The position numbers were made by a program, and so were the translations under genes. From contig CM022673.1 in NCBI GenBank assembly GCA_012295275.1, forward strand, positions 27,342,001 through 27,406,000: 64,000 nucleotides of DNA. Direction: 5' to 3'. The notes under the pieces are model-generated. The model ran no database searches. It was not told the DNA's origin and worked only from the letters and a program-made list of their open reading frames with translations. This DNA comes from Chrysomallon squamiferum (Eukaryota; Animalia; Mollusca). Shown one piece after another: positions 28,501-42,324 of the stretch. The stretch's first letter is position 1, and each line of letters begins with the position of its first letter.

Positions 28501-31098
28501 CTTGAAATATGCCAGTTTTGTTTCTTCGGATATGTTCAAGAGATCTTGACACTGGATGAAATAAAGCAAATAAAATGTACTAACGACATGTATTTTTAAA
28601 AATAATTATTACATATTTGTTCTTAATGTATGCTTATGTTGTTTTGTTTTACTATTTGTTTCACAGGAAGAAGATGAAGAGTGTCGCATATTTGCTGCAG
28701 CTAAGAGGAAGATGATGAAACTCAGAGCACTGAAAGAAAAAGAGATCCAACAGTATGTTGTTGTTTTTTTGTTTGTTTGTTTGTTTGTTTTATCATCTTA
28801 ACATGGTCATAGTATTTTTAATGCATCATTAAATAAGCTATTTTCTCCTTCTTTTGTACCTAATGACTCTGAGCTGCAGCTGTGATTTATTTCCATTCAA
28901 ATTAATCTTTGTTAATAATAAAGTATGATTTAATAATTAAAAAAAATTTAAAATAAAATAAACAAGGATTTGAAGATGAATTAAGACTTGAAAATTTCAC
29001 CCTTATTTCCCTAGCAATTAATCTCAGTTAAAAAAAAAAAAAAAAAAAAAAAATAAAAATGAAGTATTTGAAAATGAATCAAGGCTTGAAGTTTCATCCT
29101 AATCATGAAATAACCTGATAAAACAGAAATACAAAGAAAGTAGAAACCTCCAGGGCACAGACAATTTTTAAATATTCTCAATAACAGTGTTACCTTTAAA
29201 AATAACTGTTGGGTGCCATTGTGACAAAATTTGTTTATAATGTGAATCTTTTATTATTATTATTTTTTTCATTCCAGAGAAAAGCAAAAGATCCTGGACA
29301 ATATACGAGACAAACTGTCCAACCAGATGAAGGAGTTCCAGGACAATGAGGACACTCGCATCAAGGAGGCCGTAGAAGAAGCTGATGAGAAGCGCAGGAA
29401 GGAGGACGAAGAAAGAGAACATAAAGTGATGATGGCAATAAAAGCTCAGCAAGAGGATCGTCTGCATCGAGTAAGTTTTAAACTGTTGTGCAGAAAACCA
29501 AACCATTGATCTACACTGTACGCTTGGTACCAGAGGTGATCTGGATGTCTGGATGCAAGCTAAATATGTAGTTAAAAGTTTAAAAAATAAGAATTAGAAT
29601 TAAAAAGTAAAGGTAGAATTTAACAAGTTAATACACAGGATTTCATTCATCTTTATTAGTCAATTTAAAATTGTTAAAATACTTGTAAGAGAATATTCTT
29701 CCACTAGCAAGTTGAATTTCTGTTAGTCATTTATATAAAGCTGAAATTTATTGCGAGAAGGTCACCTGCCTCAAAACACAGCAACGCGCTCTCACTTGAA
29801 CTGGCATCACAGAAATTAAAACAAAGACCACTCAATTAAAACAAATACAGTTTAAAATATAACCCGGTTTTATTGGATTTTCAAGATATTGTATAGCCAG
29901 ATAAATGGTTCTGTATCTTTACTGATTAACATCTCTTTTTGCCATATTAGAAATCATTGAGCAGGCTGTAACACGAACATATTTTGATTGCCTTTGTAGT
30001 TGCAAATGGAGGAAGAGCAAAAGAAGAAGGACATTCTCGAAATGCTTGAAATGTTGCGACTAAGAGATGAGGCAGACAAAGTTTTCCACATAAACGAAAT
30101 GATGAAAGCCAAACGCAAGAAAGAAGCAGCTGACTTTTTGGCAAACTATCAACTGCAACAGAAGGTTTGTATTGAGAAAACAAATCTTTTTGCTTTATCT
30201 TCTCTTTGTGTTTTATTATTATTGGTAATTTAGAATCCAAATGAATAAGTATTTGTTTAATGCTCAGTATTTTTTTTTTTTGTTAAATAATGACAGTATG
30301 AGAGAGGAACTCTGATTTAAAAAAAAAAAAAAATATTGATTTATATAATCCCATTCCAATAGAGAGGACAGTACATTATGATCTGTAATAATTGTATCAG
30401 TTGAGGAGCTCTGATTGGAATGGCAAATATCCATTATTTACAGTCAACTTCAAATTTTAATGTGTTTTTATGTGGGTTTTATTATTTCAAGAAATAAGAT
30501 TATTCATACTTAGATAAGTTCCTTTCTTCACATTTTCATTAGTTCATTCGACTGTTAATTCATGACCATTTGTTTTATTAAACATCTATTTCCCTTGACA
30601 GACTAGTTTTTATATTATAATTTTACAACTAACTGGTTAATATTTACATTTTTAATGTAATCACAGTTATTTAAAAATATTAATTCTGGCAACAGACTAG
30701 ATGATACATTTTGTTTATAAATGTTTAAAATTATTTCTCAGGCCGAACGCGAAAGAGAAGAAAGAGAAGAAAGAGAACGACAGATAGCTCTTGACCAAGC
30801 GAATGTGGAACTGCTCAAAACAGAGGAAGCGCAGTTCCAGGAATATGCTCAGAAGGTCATCAAACATTGCCAAGATGGAGGGCGCAACATTTATCCTCTC
30901 AAGAAAGCTGCGAAGGAAGGAGCTGGCGGCGGATTGGGTCCCGTCTTTCAAGGAAAGGGAGGACTTCGGCCAAGCTACATGGTTAGTGACACCTCAGGGG
31001 TCCAGCTGCCATGTTTTAAGGGAGAGTCGACAGAAAACACCAAACAAATGATCGAAGGAAAATATCCAACAAAGGCGAGATGCGGGTTTGTGTGGTGA
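24826..31098 (+). CDS. CFAP210: Cilia- and flagella-associated protein 210 (CCDC173), intact copy A, 554 aa
   Basis: Exons 24826-24871, 25574-25800, 26400-26573, 26944-27149, 28030-28240, 28667-28752, 29278-29470, 30000-30164 and 30742-31098 total 1665 nt in frame. Recognisable segments: HGRRRGR, DIRQVTVL..DWNRIQ, VKNWTNTIAG, YYQTDRVKNFH, E/K/R-rich coiled coil, C-terminal TKARCGFVW. Confidence 0.9.
27815..27905 (+). mobile_element. Degenerate SINE fragment in CFAP210 intron 4 (duplicated at ~45355-45450)
   Basis: GGGTTTTCTTGTTCCAACTGGTGCTCCA...AAAGGCC...GTTGCACATAACAGATCCCTT resembles the reverse complement of the SINE core at 36020-36115. Confidence 0.45.
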
Positions 31099-31966
31099 AC
31101 AGTATACGTGTTGTTTATTGTTATTTTGGAATGGAAAAACTAACAACAAGTGAATATTGTATTATAATAAACACTGACATTATATGGGATCATTTTTGGA
31201 ATGTATGCAAGCTGGCATTCATTCACTTCATAAGCAAATCATTGAAGAAAAAGTGAAGAAAAAAAAAATTATTTTAATAATAAGTTGCTAGATGTGAAGC
31301 TTATCTTTAAAGTTATTTAATTTATTATTTATAAGATTTTTATCACAATAACAATAGCAGTTAAATATATATTCAGTGGAATTTCATTCTTATACTGTGG
31401 GTAAGCAAGTTGTTATTGTTTTGTGTTGTTTGTTCACTGAGTGAAGATGATAATGTGGCAGTGATTTTCAAATTTTATTATTTTTAAAAGCCAGAAGAAA
31501 CCAATAAAACTATGTGAAAGAAATAATAATTAACAAATACTCAGAAAGAAGTAATAAAGATTAATTTTAAAAAAATTTGAAATATTACATCTGAACATTC
31601 TACATAATAAATAGTCAACTGAAAAATGTTACATGATAATTAAATGAATGGGTATTTTTTATTTATTTATAATTAAAACATGATTATATTCTCATTTAAG
31701 TGTTCAGGAAGTAGTCTGGATTAAGCCTAACTAAAAAAGCCAGAATAAAATTTACATTTGAGTTTGGAAATAAAAAAATATATTCCATTAACAAGATGGT
31801 AATGTTTGTATCTATTTTCAATTTTATAGTCTGCTATACAAGTTTTATAACTTTACTGACTGTATTCCTTTTGTGCAATTTATTTCAGACTATTTCACTG
31901 TCATTTTAAAAATAAATAATTAAACTATTTTAAAGTAATACTTTTTATGACACACACAAATATATG

Positions 31967-31997
<31 letters not shown>

Positions 31998-33003
31998 TTA
32001 AATGGCTTTTAATTAAATATTTTCAGAAATGCTTTTGTTATTTGTTTGTTTTTCTTTTGGTTATTGTAGTAGAGAAATTATGGATTGCATTTTGTCAAAA
32101 TTTGGGAATTAATTGAACAATTCCTTTAATAAGTAAAAAATGAATACTAGTACTTTTATATCAAGTTGTTTTTTTAGGTTAGGATTTAAATAAATATATA
32201 TTTCTTCTGCAAAAGCTAGGAGAGACTGATGAAGTAAAAAATGAAGTGAATGAATGCTTTTCACCCAAATTCCCAAAATGAGAATATTACAGAAACGGTG
32301 GTTTAGTAATTATAATGCTTTGAAGAGCAAAGATGAGCAGCATTCAGAATTTACGTCTCAAAATTAAGACATTATATATAATCTGTAATTTCTTCCCTAA
32401 ATTTAATGATTAATAGATTTTAATAATCTAGTTACAACAAAAACAAAACCACAACATAAAATAAATCATTTATTTGAACAGTTAAACAAAGTACAAAAAT
32501 TTCTTAACGTAAAAATGATAAATTCTTACAAAAACAAATTAAAAAATGATTAAATGCTATGAATATGTTATTAAGAGCTCTGTGTTGTTATGTATATGTT
32601 TTATTTGGTTATATCCTCTTTTTACACCATTTTTCTTCTTAAATGCACGTGTAAAATCTACAAATTCATGATTAGGCTGCAGAATAACACTTGTGGTTTT
32701 ATTCGGACCTCGTATTAATAATACATGAAATCATCAGTGTTTTGTTAAGTAATGTTAATTACTGTACATACATACATACATTATCAATTACCTGTGTTCA
32801 GCATAATTCACTTATGTGTACCATCTTAAACAATGGTGTGTAAAATATCCAGCAATTTCAAGATTACAAAAGGCATGTGGTTTCTGTTTTATCAATCCAA
32901 AGCTGTCTTATATGATCTCTTTTTTTTTATCAACCATTTTATTTCTACATTTTAACACTCTCTGGGGAGTTACATTCATCAAAATAATAGCATCTCCAGG
33001 ATT

Positions 33004-33294
33004 CCTTTCTGTTCTACACACACATAAGTTGATAATAAGCCAATTAATAAAAATATGACTTGGATAAAAATTTATAATAAAATATATTAAATACAATTCA
33101 AATTGTGTTATGTAACATACCTAGCCCCAGTCATATGTGGTACTAAAGAAAAATGTAAAAATTATTAACAGTTCACTGAATAAAAAAAATAATAAATAAA
33201 TGATATGATGTTACAGGAAAATAAGTAATTTAAATACTTACAATAGCAAACCCAAGCCATACGTAATACACTGGTGATTGTCTAGGAACTATTT
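33004..33294 (-). pseudogene. PGAP3: Relic copy of the 3' end of PGAP3 coding exon 2 plus the start of the following intron
   Basis: Homologous to ~36733-36995. 33294-33242 reads IVPRQSPVYYVWLGFAI versus KVPKQAPMYYVWHGFAI in the gene, and keeps the GTAAGT donor. Confidence 0.85.
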
Positions 33295-33940
33295 CTGGAT
33301 TATACAAGCATATGTAGAACCAGTTCAGTATAAGTAGATATATTATGAAAGAATGGAAATTTAAAAAAAAAAAATATTATTTATTATTATTTTTAAATTG
33401 TAAATTATCTTTAACAATTTCAGATAAAAAAGGTTTTTTAGGTTATTATTGCAAAAAAGAGAATTTATCAGTGTATGACAGATAAAAGTGAAATGTTGTT
33501 TTCAAACTTTTAATACTGAACATTTTAGTTTTAAAATTTTGACAAGTTAAGGAATAGTTTATTTATCATGAATATTTTACTTTAATGTTTTTATAATTAA
33601 TTTTTTTTTTTTTTTTGAACAATAAAAAAAAAAAATTTATGTTCAAAATTAAGTAACAAAATTATGATTACTCAAGTTGGAGCAAGTTGTCAGTTCTAAC
33701 AATAATAATAAATAAAGTAAATAAATATATAATGAATGTCACTAGGTGGTTTTTTATAAAAAAGAATTAAAAAAGACAACAACAAAATATCACTGACTTG
33801 TTAAGAATTACTTTAAAGCAATATCAAAAAAAAAAAAATAATAATAAAAAATAAAAAAATAATAATAATAAAAATAAATTAATAAAAATATAATAAAAAA
33901 TGTAATGACAATACTAAAATATTAGAATGTAAATGATTTT

Positions 33941-35908
33941 TTAATCCAATTTTAAGCTTTCATCTTCTTCTTGAGCTTGAAGATAAAGACAATCTTCTGT
34001 GATGAAACTGAAAAATAAAATTAATTAATTAACTGATAAATTACTTTATCCCTTATGATGATAGTTTTAATGTTTCATTTATTATAAACCAAACCATACT
34101 GTTAATATTAAATGATAACTAAATAATTTTTAATCTCTATGTATAAAAAAATAAAATAAAATAAAAAGATCAAACATATTCTAAAGTTCTAAAATATTAC
34201 ACTGATGTCACACTTTACAAACTTTGTAGGTCAGATAATACGTATTATGAAAAGAAAATTTGTTAACATTTCACACTACAATTTGGATACAGTAATTAAC
34301 AAAAAAAAAAAAAAAAAAATTAAAAAAACATTTGAAGTCATTTTCAAACAGCAAAAAATAAAAAATAAAACGTTAACGAATTAATGAATTTCACTGTGTT
34401 GTAAAAACAGAAAAAATTAACTTATTACACACTTACCGATACCATGGATACAATAAAGGTATTGTGCCAGCATGCCAGAGCGAATGAGCATCAAACACCC
34501 AGAGAAAAGGGGGAAGATCGAATATTTCAAGCAGGACAAGCACATTGAGACCAATGACGACAATAGCACAGTTAATAACATACGGTTGTTTCTTCTTGTG
34601 TTTGTAGCACCAAGTCAACCAAGCTACCATGTTCACAACAGCTGAAAAGTCGTTTATGAATTAACAGAGTTAACACTTTTATCTGAAAAATATACTAAAA
34701 TAGTTAAATATTTTTCTCTTGGTATTTCAAATTAGTATCATAAAATGTGGTTCCTCTGTTCATATAATTGTCAATTTCACAACAACAACAAAAATAAAAT
34801 TAAATAAAAAAATTATAATCACTGACTGAGCAAAATATATAGGAAACCTTTTGACAACTATTGGGTATTGGGTAACTGTAGCAATAAAATTTAAAATATA
34901 TTTTTAAAACAAGTTCTTATTTAATCTGATTCGACACAAAATTTCGCATAACCATGGCTGGCAAAGCATGGAATTAATATATTTAAGTTTAGATGTAATC
35001 AAAATTGTTCATGTTATATTAATTTCTCCTGTCACTTTTGTTTTTGTGTTTGAGAACTTGCAGAAACCATGATTAAAAAATTTAAAAATAAAATACAGTT
35101 GCTGAATAAACACTCACCTGTACACATATTAACCTTCATATTGTATCCATAGTCGAACTTCACTAAACCTAAATACGCTATGTGTGAGAGATAGAAGGTG
35201 ACAAGACAAATAGATGGTATTATAATACGCCATCGTATCTTTGTTCCTAAAACTCTAGAAAATAAAATTTAATAAAAAATAAGAAAAAGTGGAGATGTAG
35301 AACAAAATACTAATATCAACTCCCTTTCAAAAAAAAATTTAATTTTAATTTTAGAAAAGTGTAATCTTTATAATTTATTAGTTTGTACTTTTTTGCAAAG
35401 TGTTAAATGTTACTGAAATTCATTTAAATGTTTCTTTATCATAATTAACTGTGTGTGTATGTCTGTATTTGTATGTGTTATTACATATACATACACAAAA
35501 CAAAATTTACATCAATCAATATTTTACATTTTTGATTTTATATAATATTTTTAGGAACTACAATTGCTTAAGATGATTTTTTAAATGGCACAATTTGAAT
35601 GGAATTTTATTTACCGGCAACAGAAACTAAACAGGTTATAAACAACCAATGAGAATGCACAGAAATAATCCATCATCTGCAAAAAACAAATAAATAAATA
35701 ACATAACCTAACATAATGTAACATATCATAACATAACTTAAACAAAAGATCAGTTTATTTAGCAACCTTAATATACATGTATTTTGTATTATTATTATTA
35801 TTATTATCATTATAATTATCATTATCATTATCATTATCATTATCATTATCATTACTATTACTATTACTGTTACTGTTACTGTTACTGTTACTGTTACTGT
35901 TACTGTGA

Positions 35909-35943
<35 letters not shown>

Positions 35944-36160
35944 ACTATAACTATAACTGTTACTGTTACTGTTACTGTTACTGTTACTGTTACTATAACT
36001 ATTATTATTATATATCATTGAAAAACTGAAGCCACCATTCCTTGGGCTAACTTTACTGATTAGCAGAAAAGGATCTTTTTTATATCTGCACCTTCCCTTA
36101 AACAGGAGAGCACCTAAAATTTAACCATAATTAACTGATAATATGGGAATGTTGATGTAA

Positions 36161-36193
<33 letters not shown>

Positions 36194-36644
36194 ATGATGA
36201 TGATCTCAGTAATAAACCATTATTCTCTATTTAAATACTCCAAATGACAATTTTTTGCAGCCCAGGGTCAAATAAAGTGAGTATGCAAACAAATTATTTT
36301 AAATGAGATTTGTTAGGTTATTACAATTTAGCAAGTCAAATTTTAAAATTCTGTGATATCTAAAAGCAAACCTCTGTGAATTTTTTATCCCTGATATGAA
36401 AAACTGTTGACCAGAACCAGGCATTACCACACACCTGAAAACAAGAACCATTATTATAATGTTAGCAATTCAACTGAACATAAACACTGATAATCAAATT
36501 GTTCTATGATGTAGACTAAGATACTGAAACAGAAGAAAAAAAAATCAAATTAACAGTTCACAATTAACAGTTTGAAAAGTGAACAAATATAAAGAAATTA
36601 AAGAAAATTAAGACTGTGACTATAACTAATGGAAAACTGATAAT

Positions 36645-36692
<48 letters not shown>

Positions 36693-37279
36693 CCTCCCTC
36701 CCTCCCTCTCTCTCTCACACCTTCTTTTCCTCAAGTTGATAATAAGCCAGTAAATAAAAATATGACTTGGATAAAAATTTATAATAAAATATATTACAAA
36801 CAATTCAAGTTGTCTTAAGTAACTTACATAGGGCCAGTCAGTGTGTGGTACAGAGGGAAAATGTAATTGAACAAAAAAAAATAATAATAAAAAAATAAAT
36901 AAATGATATGATGTTACAGGAAAATAAGTAATTTAAATACTTACAATAGCAAACCCATGCCATACATAATACATTGGTGCTTGTTTAGGAACTTTTGAAC
37001 GAAAGTAGAAAATGCCAAGATGGCCAAGTCCATTTAGTAAAGAAAAAATTGTTGATGCAGGTTCCTGTATTCCCCATAGTCTGACAAATGGCCACTAGAA
37101 ACAAAGCATTTACTATTTCATATAAGCATAAAAATATGTTAAATTAATGCAGTTTAAATTTCAGTATGATATTAAAATAAAAATTCGTCTGACATGTACG
37201 ATATGAATGTTACTGATAATTTGTAATCTGGTTTGAATTTCTAAATACTTACTTCACTTTGTCTTTTTTTTTAATTAAT

Positions 37280-37329
<50 letters not shown>

Positions 37330-37888
37330 GGCAATATGATGGCAACTCTTTTCATGTAATATTTCACATTCTGTGAAACCAAAAATCCCTAAAACAGACT
37401 TGAAAGTTCAATCTAAATTATTATTAATATTATAGGAAGCAACCAGAAAAGCTTTTATTTTTAAAACCATAACAATATTCCAAACTTTTATCTATATATA
37501 TATATTGACACATATAATTTTGATTTGACACACTCTAATATACAAAATATTTTGTTACAATTATATATTTTACCTTTCCATAAAACTGTGGGATGCGAGT
37601 GTTATCTTTCTGAAAAGCTTCCACTGTCTCCCACATGCAGCTGTACTTGCACTCATCCAGACAGCTCCATTGTAAAAGCTGCAGGTGCAGTGGGTGTGAC
37701 TTCCAGAACTTCTCTTCATCAACACAGATGGATAAATTACACTCTGCTAAACATTTGTGAAATTTCCAAGATCGATCACCTAACGATGCTTCAATCACAA
37801 TCTGCACTAATACTGATATGATTGCAGTAGTTAAGACACATTTACAAGAAACTGCAGTGATCCAGCTACTGTTTAATACAGTCCTCAT
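33941..37888 (-). CDS. PGAP3: Post-GPI attachment to proteins factor 3 (Per1 family), intact copy A, 332 aa
   Basis: Exons 37888-37574, 37094-36945, 36434-36372, 35676-35615, 35254-35118, 34641-34437 and 34007-33941 total 999 nt. Motifs: SLGDR, WSCLDECKYSCMW, PQFYGKWPFVR..GIQEPAS, NAWFWSTVFH.RD, FDYGYNM, LLEIFDLPP..FDAHSLWH, C-terminal KLD. A 5'UTR exon donor follows 38811. Confidence 0.93.
35786..36010. repeat. Compound tri-/hexanucleotide microsatellite abutting a SINE tail
   Basis: Blocks of (TAT)n, (TATCAT)n, (CTGTTA)n and (CTGTTG)n. The copy at ~53398-53482 is much shorter. Confidence 0.9.
36020..36115 (-). mobile_element. SINE core/3' fragment in a PGAP3 intron (duplicated at ~53490-53586)
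   Basis: The minus strand reads GGGAAGGTGCAGATATAAAAAAGATCCTTTTCTGCTAATC...TAGCCCA. This resembles the core of a gastropod tRNA-SINE (from memory) and other fragments in this window. Confidence 0.55.
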
Positions 37889-38959
37889 TGTTCTAATGTC
37901 TTTTCATGTACTTTCATGAGCTGCAGAAAAGTTATGGATTTCTGAGAGAAAAAAAATTATTTGAATATATGTGCAAGTGTGTATGTAAATAGATTTAATG
38001 GAAATATTGAGAATACGAGATATTACATCAGAAGAGTCCCCATCACTTCCCTTATTTTTATTATTATTATTTGGAAAATTTTAATAATTTTAGTTCATTA
38101 AATTTCCAAATTGCATGAAACTGAAAGTGCAAGTGCACATGCACTCAAAATAAATAAATATATGTTAATTAGATACTAATTTGAACACTTATTTTCTAAT
38201 ACTTTACTCTCTATCGTCTGAGTCAGTCAAATAAATAATTTTAGTAACTGTTTATTTCTCATGGACTTTTTTCACTACACATTCTGCAAAGCTGCTTGAC
38301 TGCATGCTTAAAATAACTTTTGGATCAAGTGGCTTGATCCAGAATGAAAATAAGACTTAAGTAATATTTATAAGCCAGAAATGACTTTTTATAAACAAGT
38401 ATATGCTGACTTCGTATGCTTAATACAAGTTACATACATTATGTTTTGGATCTGCAATGATGCATTAATTTAAAATAATTCTTTCGTGACTATTTGAATA
38501 CTAGATTCCTAGCGCATATTTTAAATTTTTTCAGTCATTTTTAAAAATAATTATTGAATTAATCATATATAAATGTGCTCGAATAGTAATGCAAAATAAA
38601 ATGCAACATACAGGGTTAACAACATTTTAATCCTCATAATCTGAATCTATCAAACTTTCAAAACCAATGTCAACATTCACATTTTGTTAATTTAGGTAGA
38701 GTTTTCTCCCCTTGAGAATATTCGCTATCCCGCCATTCGAAAATAAAATTATATCTGGAATAACATACCTAAAGTGTTCAAAGAAAAATATATTTGATTA
38801 ATTCACTTACGTTGAAATTAAAATAAAAAGAACACGTACACACATACATTATATTTTCCATAATCTTAATAAATCAAAAACGTGTGAATGTAATATGCTT
38901 CTTTGAAACAAGCACCAGACTAGCTTCACTTGAAACGAAAGTAGTGGTTAGACCGATAA

Positions 38960-39030
38960 AACAGAGAACATTTGTAACTCGCCAATTTCATTGGCTGCAG
39001 ATTACAAACGGACCAATTGACTAGCTCAAT
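38960..39030. promoter_or_regulatory. Probable bidirectional PGAP3/TRIM promoter with CCAAT boxes (copy A)
   Basis: CCAAT 38982-86, ATTGG 38990-94 and CCAAT 39013-17 lie between a minus-strand donor (after 38811) and a plus-strand donor AG|GTAAG (39158/39159). Confidence 0.55.
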
Positions 39031-39900
39031 AAACATAACAGAATTCAATGCGGAAATAAACTGGGTCATTACCGAACCAAACAGAAGGTATGATCTGCTG
39101 TTGATATCTAGGCACCAAAGATTTTTCAGATTATGGACAATACACTGGAAACAATAAGGTAAGATCTTATTAAATGATATATTTTTATGTTCACAAAAGG
39201 AAATGTAACAATGATACTTTAAATAAAATAATAATAATAGCGAATAAAATATTTTAACAAGCATTACGTAATGTGACACCTGTGTATTGTAATAGATAGT
39301 CTAGGTCTTTGTTTGTTAAATAGAATTTTAGACAGGAAGAAGAAACGTCCAGAGCGGTAAATATACTATGTGAGCGCGCACGCACCCATACAAGAAAACA
39401 CACATTCGTATATGAGAAATCAGTATTCGTGAATCTGTTACTCTCGAGGGTGATGTGTTGAGAAAAAAAAAAAAGTTAATTTCATCCAGTTTTTTAATTA
39501 TTCGGGATGGTAAGATAATAAAACAAACAAAAAACAACAACTGGTTACTGTGACCTAAAATTTAGCAGTTTTTCTGGTCATTCTGTCTTGCATTATTTAT
39601 AATGACTGCAAAATAAATTATATAGGTATATACATTATATATGTATATTAGTTTGTAAGATTAGTCCATGTTTGACTAGATATAGTTTCTTCAGCATGTA
39701 GATTTCTTTATTTAAACTCGAATGCTTATTTACGTTTTATTTTTTTAGTGAACTTACGGAGAAAAAGATATCAGTTTTTGTAAACGTACTATAAAAACGT
39801 ATTTTTAAGACTTTCTATAAAGTTGAGGAAGCTGAAAGGAGGAGACAGTGCCAGACAAGCAGATATTTCAAAGACCTGCAATGTGTGTGTGTGTGTGTGT

Positions 39901-39936
<36 letters not shown>

Positions 39937-40483
39937 TATTTGTATTATATGCTGATAATAAACCTAGAATCGTATAATACATTTTATAGATTATTTTGTT
40001 TGATTTGTTTTCAGTTTTGTTGTTTTTTTTGTGTGTGTATATATTTGTATATATGTATATGTGTTTGTTAATAAATAATAATAATAAAATAAAACAAATA
40101 AATAAAAAGGAAAAAGGAAAAGAAAGATAATTTCTTAGATTTGTCAGTTTCTAAATGATGTGACTTTGTGATGAACTCAATACATTGTTTAGTTTATGAG
40201 AAACAGGTGACCAAAGAGTGACCTTAATTGTCCGAGCGGACCCCAAGGCATGTACATAAATATATGTTACCTTCTGAATTTATACTTTGAATCTCTGGTA
40301 TCGTTTTGGATGAAAATCACGTTGTCTGTACTGATAGGAAATATAAACTGGCGCACTTCAGCTCATTTTCAGTTTGTAGGTGAAATAGTTTTGATCGTAA
40401 CACAGGTAATGTTTATATTTTATAAATGTTGTTTGATTTCTTACATGGTTGTTTCATTTGAAGAATGCTAGTTATATAACATT

Positions 40484-40486
<3 letters not shown>

Positions 40487-40560
<74 letters not shown>
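40487..40560. repeat. (GA)n microsatellite (copy at ~58077-58162)
   Basis: Read directly. Length differs between the duplicate units. Confidence 0.95.
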
Positions 40561-40563
<3 letters not shown>

Positions 40564-41286
40564 TTACTGTAATACTTTTATTTCTCTAAGGGTAGGATTA
40601 TAATTAAAACGCCATAATTAGCAACTAATACTGAAAGCAAATCGAAAGAGTTTCGTCTGTACACGGATGTGCTGGAAATTTTAGTTCATTGTACAATGGT
40701 CTTCGAGTACAAATCAATTCAGATATGATCTATATCTTTTATCTACACAGCGTATATTATATCTTCATATATTTAGCATCAAAGACACGAAAGGAGTAAC
40801 TCTTCCTGTCGGCTCATCATATTATGTGTAAATATAATTCTTAACAACGCGGCCGCATAGGAAGAGTCTATTTTTAAAGACAGATATGAAAGGAAGACGA
40901 CCGAATATCAACAGACGTGCATTCACTTAAAAATTGAGAACTATATTGAGCTGATTAATAATTCGCACTAACGTAACCTAGGACTGGTGAACGAAATAAA
41001 AGAAAAGAGCATAAGATACACGATTTAAACCGACAAATTGTTGCGACCGGGATAGTGATGTATAACGTAGACCTGGGTCTATTTTAGAATGTAAACACAT
41101 TTCTTAAATACTGTAGTTAATGCGTGAGTTTAGAACATCCAGTTTAAGATTGATTAGGATATATACAAACAGGTTTCTTTGGGGATTTTTTGCCATCAGT
41201 GGAATATACGTTATGTTATACATCTGTAATTAAGGTAAGGAATTTAGCTTTAATCTGTTCACTGAAACAGGAATATCTGAACAAAA

Positions 41287-41379
<93 letters not shown>

Positions 41380-42324
41380 GTGTATGTATGTATGTATGTG
41401 TGTATGTTTGTATGTATGTATGTTTAATAATGTGTACATTTTTTCTTTCTCTCAGTTTTCGTATTGTTTCTATCGCTGTTACAAGTAAAATTATATAAAG
41501 TAATACTATTATATACAGTAAACATGATGGTTTAAAATTAATCTTAGTTGTGCTTAGGTGTGTGTGTGTGAATCTGTATGTGTCAGAAATGTGTGTATTG
41601 TCTATATTAACGAGATATGTTTTCTTTGTATCAAATCCATGCAAGCTGCTGGTTATATTAATTTTGCTTAATAACATATTGTCTTTGTTTGCCTGTTCGG
41701 GCCAGGCCATTCCACAGCCGTCACCTCACGGTTGATAAATGTACCGAGCAGTTCGTTATTTGTTTAGAGAAATGTCAGCTTACAGGATCGTGCCTCGTTG
41801 GGTCCTTTGTTTAAATATGTAATCTGTTTTACAAATACACTTAGCGTGCATTGTGTTACAGCTGTAACATGTGCTACACAATCTATTTAAATGAAAAACG
41901 GTATCGAGTGGCTAATTAAAATGTCTTTCAGTTTCGTGATTACTGAGAATTTAATGCGTTTTTTCTTTGTTCTTTCGCAAACTGATCACGAGCACTTACG
42001 CTGCATGTCGTAGTGTAACAGTCTGTTTTACAGTCATGCAGCGTGAACATCTTTTTCAGATTATCCCAGGGGTTACTAATATAATTTTAAAATATTATTT
42101 CAACAGCGGACTAATTAGCATTAATTATAATATCAAGTCGTTTTCTCATCGTCTTTGTTTAACTAGGTCGTGCGACGTTATACAGTAAAATAAAATAACT
42201 TTCTCAGAATTCTTTTTAAATTTTATTTTCAGGTTTTTCAGGGGTATTCGAATCTTGCATCAAACTTACAGCTGGATACTCTCCTAAACGAATCCAGTTC
42301 GCTCGTTGTCTTCTCTCTGACGTC

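Noticed and set aside
35755-36029. Poly-SN and poly-YC ORFs resembling biomineral or metal-binding proteins
   Set aside because: Translations of an intronic compound microsatellite whose length is not conserved in the duplicate unit.
38926-39279. 117-aa minus-strand ORF (134 aa in unit B)
   Set aside because: Non-ATG start, overlaps the promoter region, and the frame differs between the duplicate copies.
41190-41710. ORFs with IYIY/HTHT runs (also 58725-59317)
   Set aside because: Artefacts of (TA)n and (TATG)n microsatellites.
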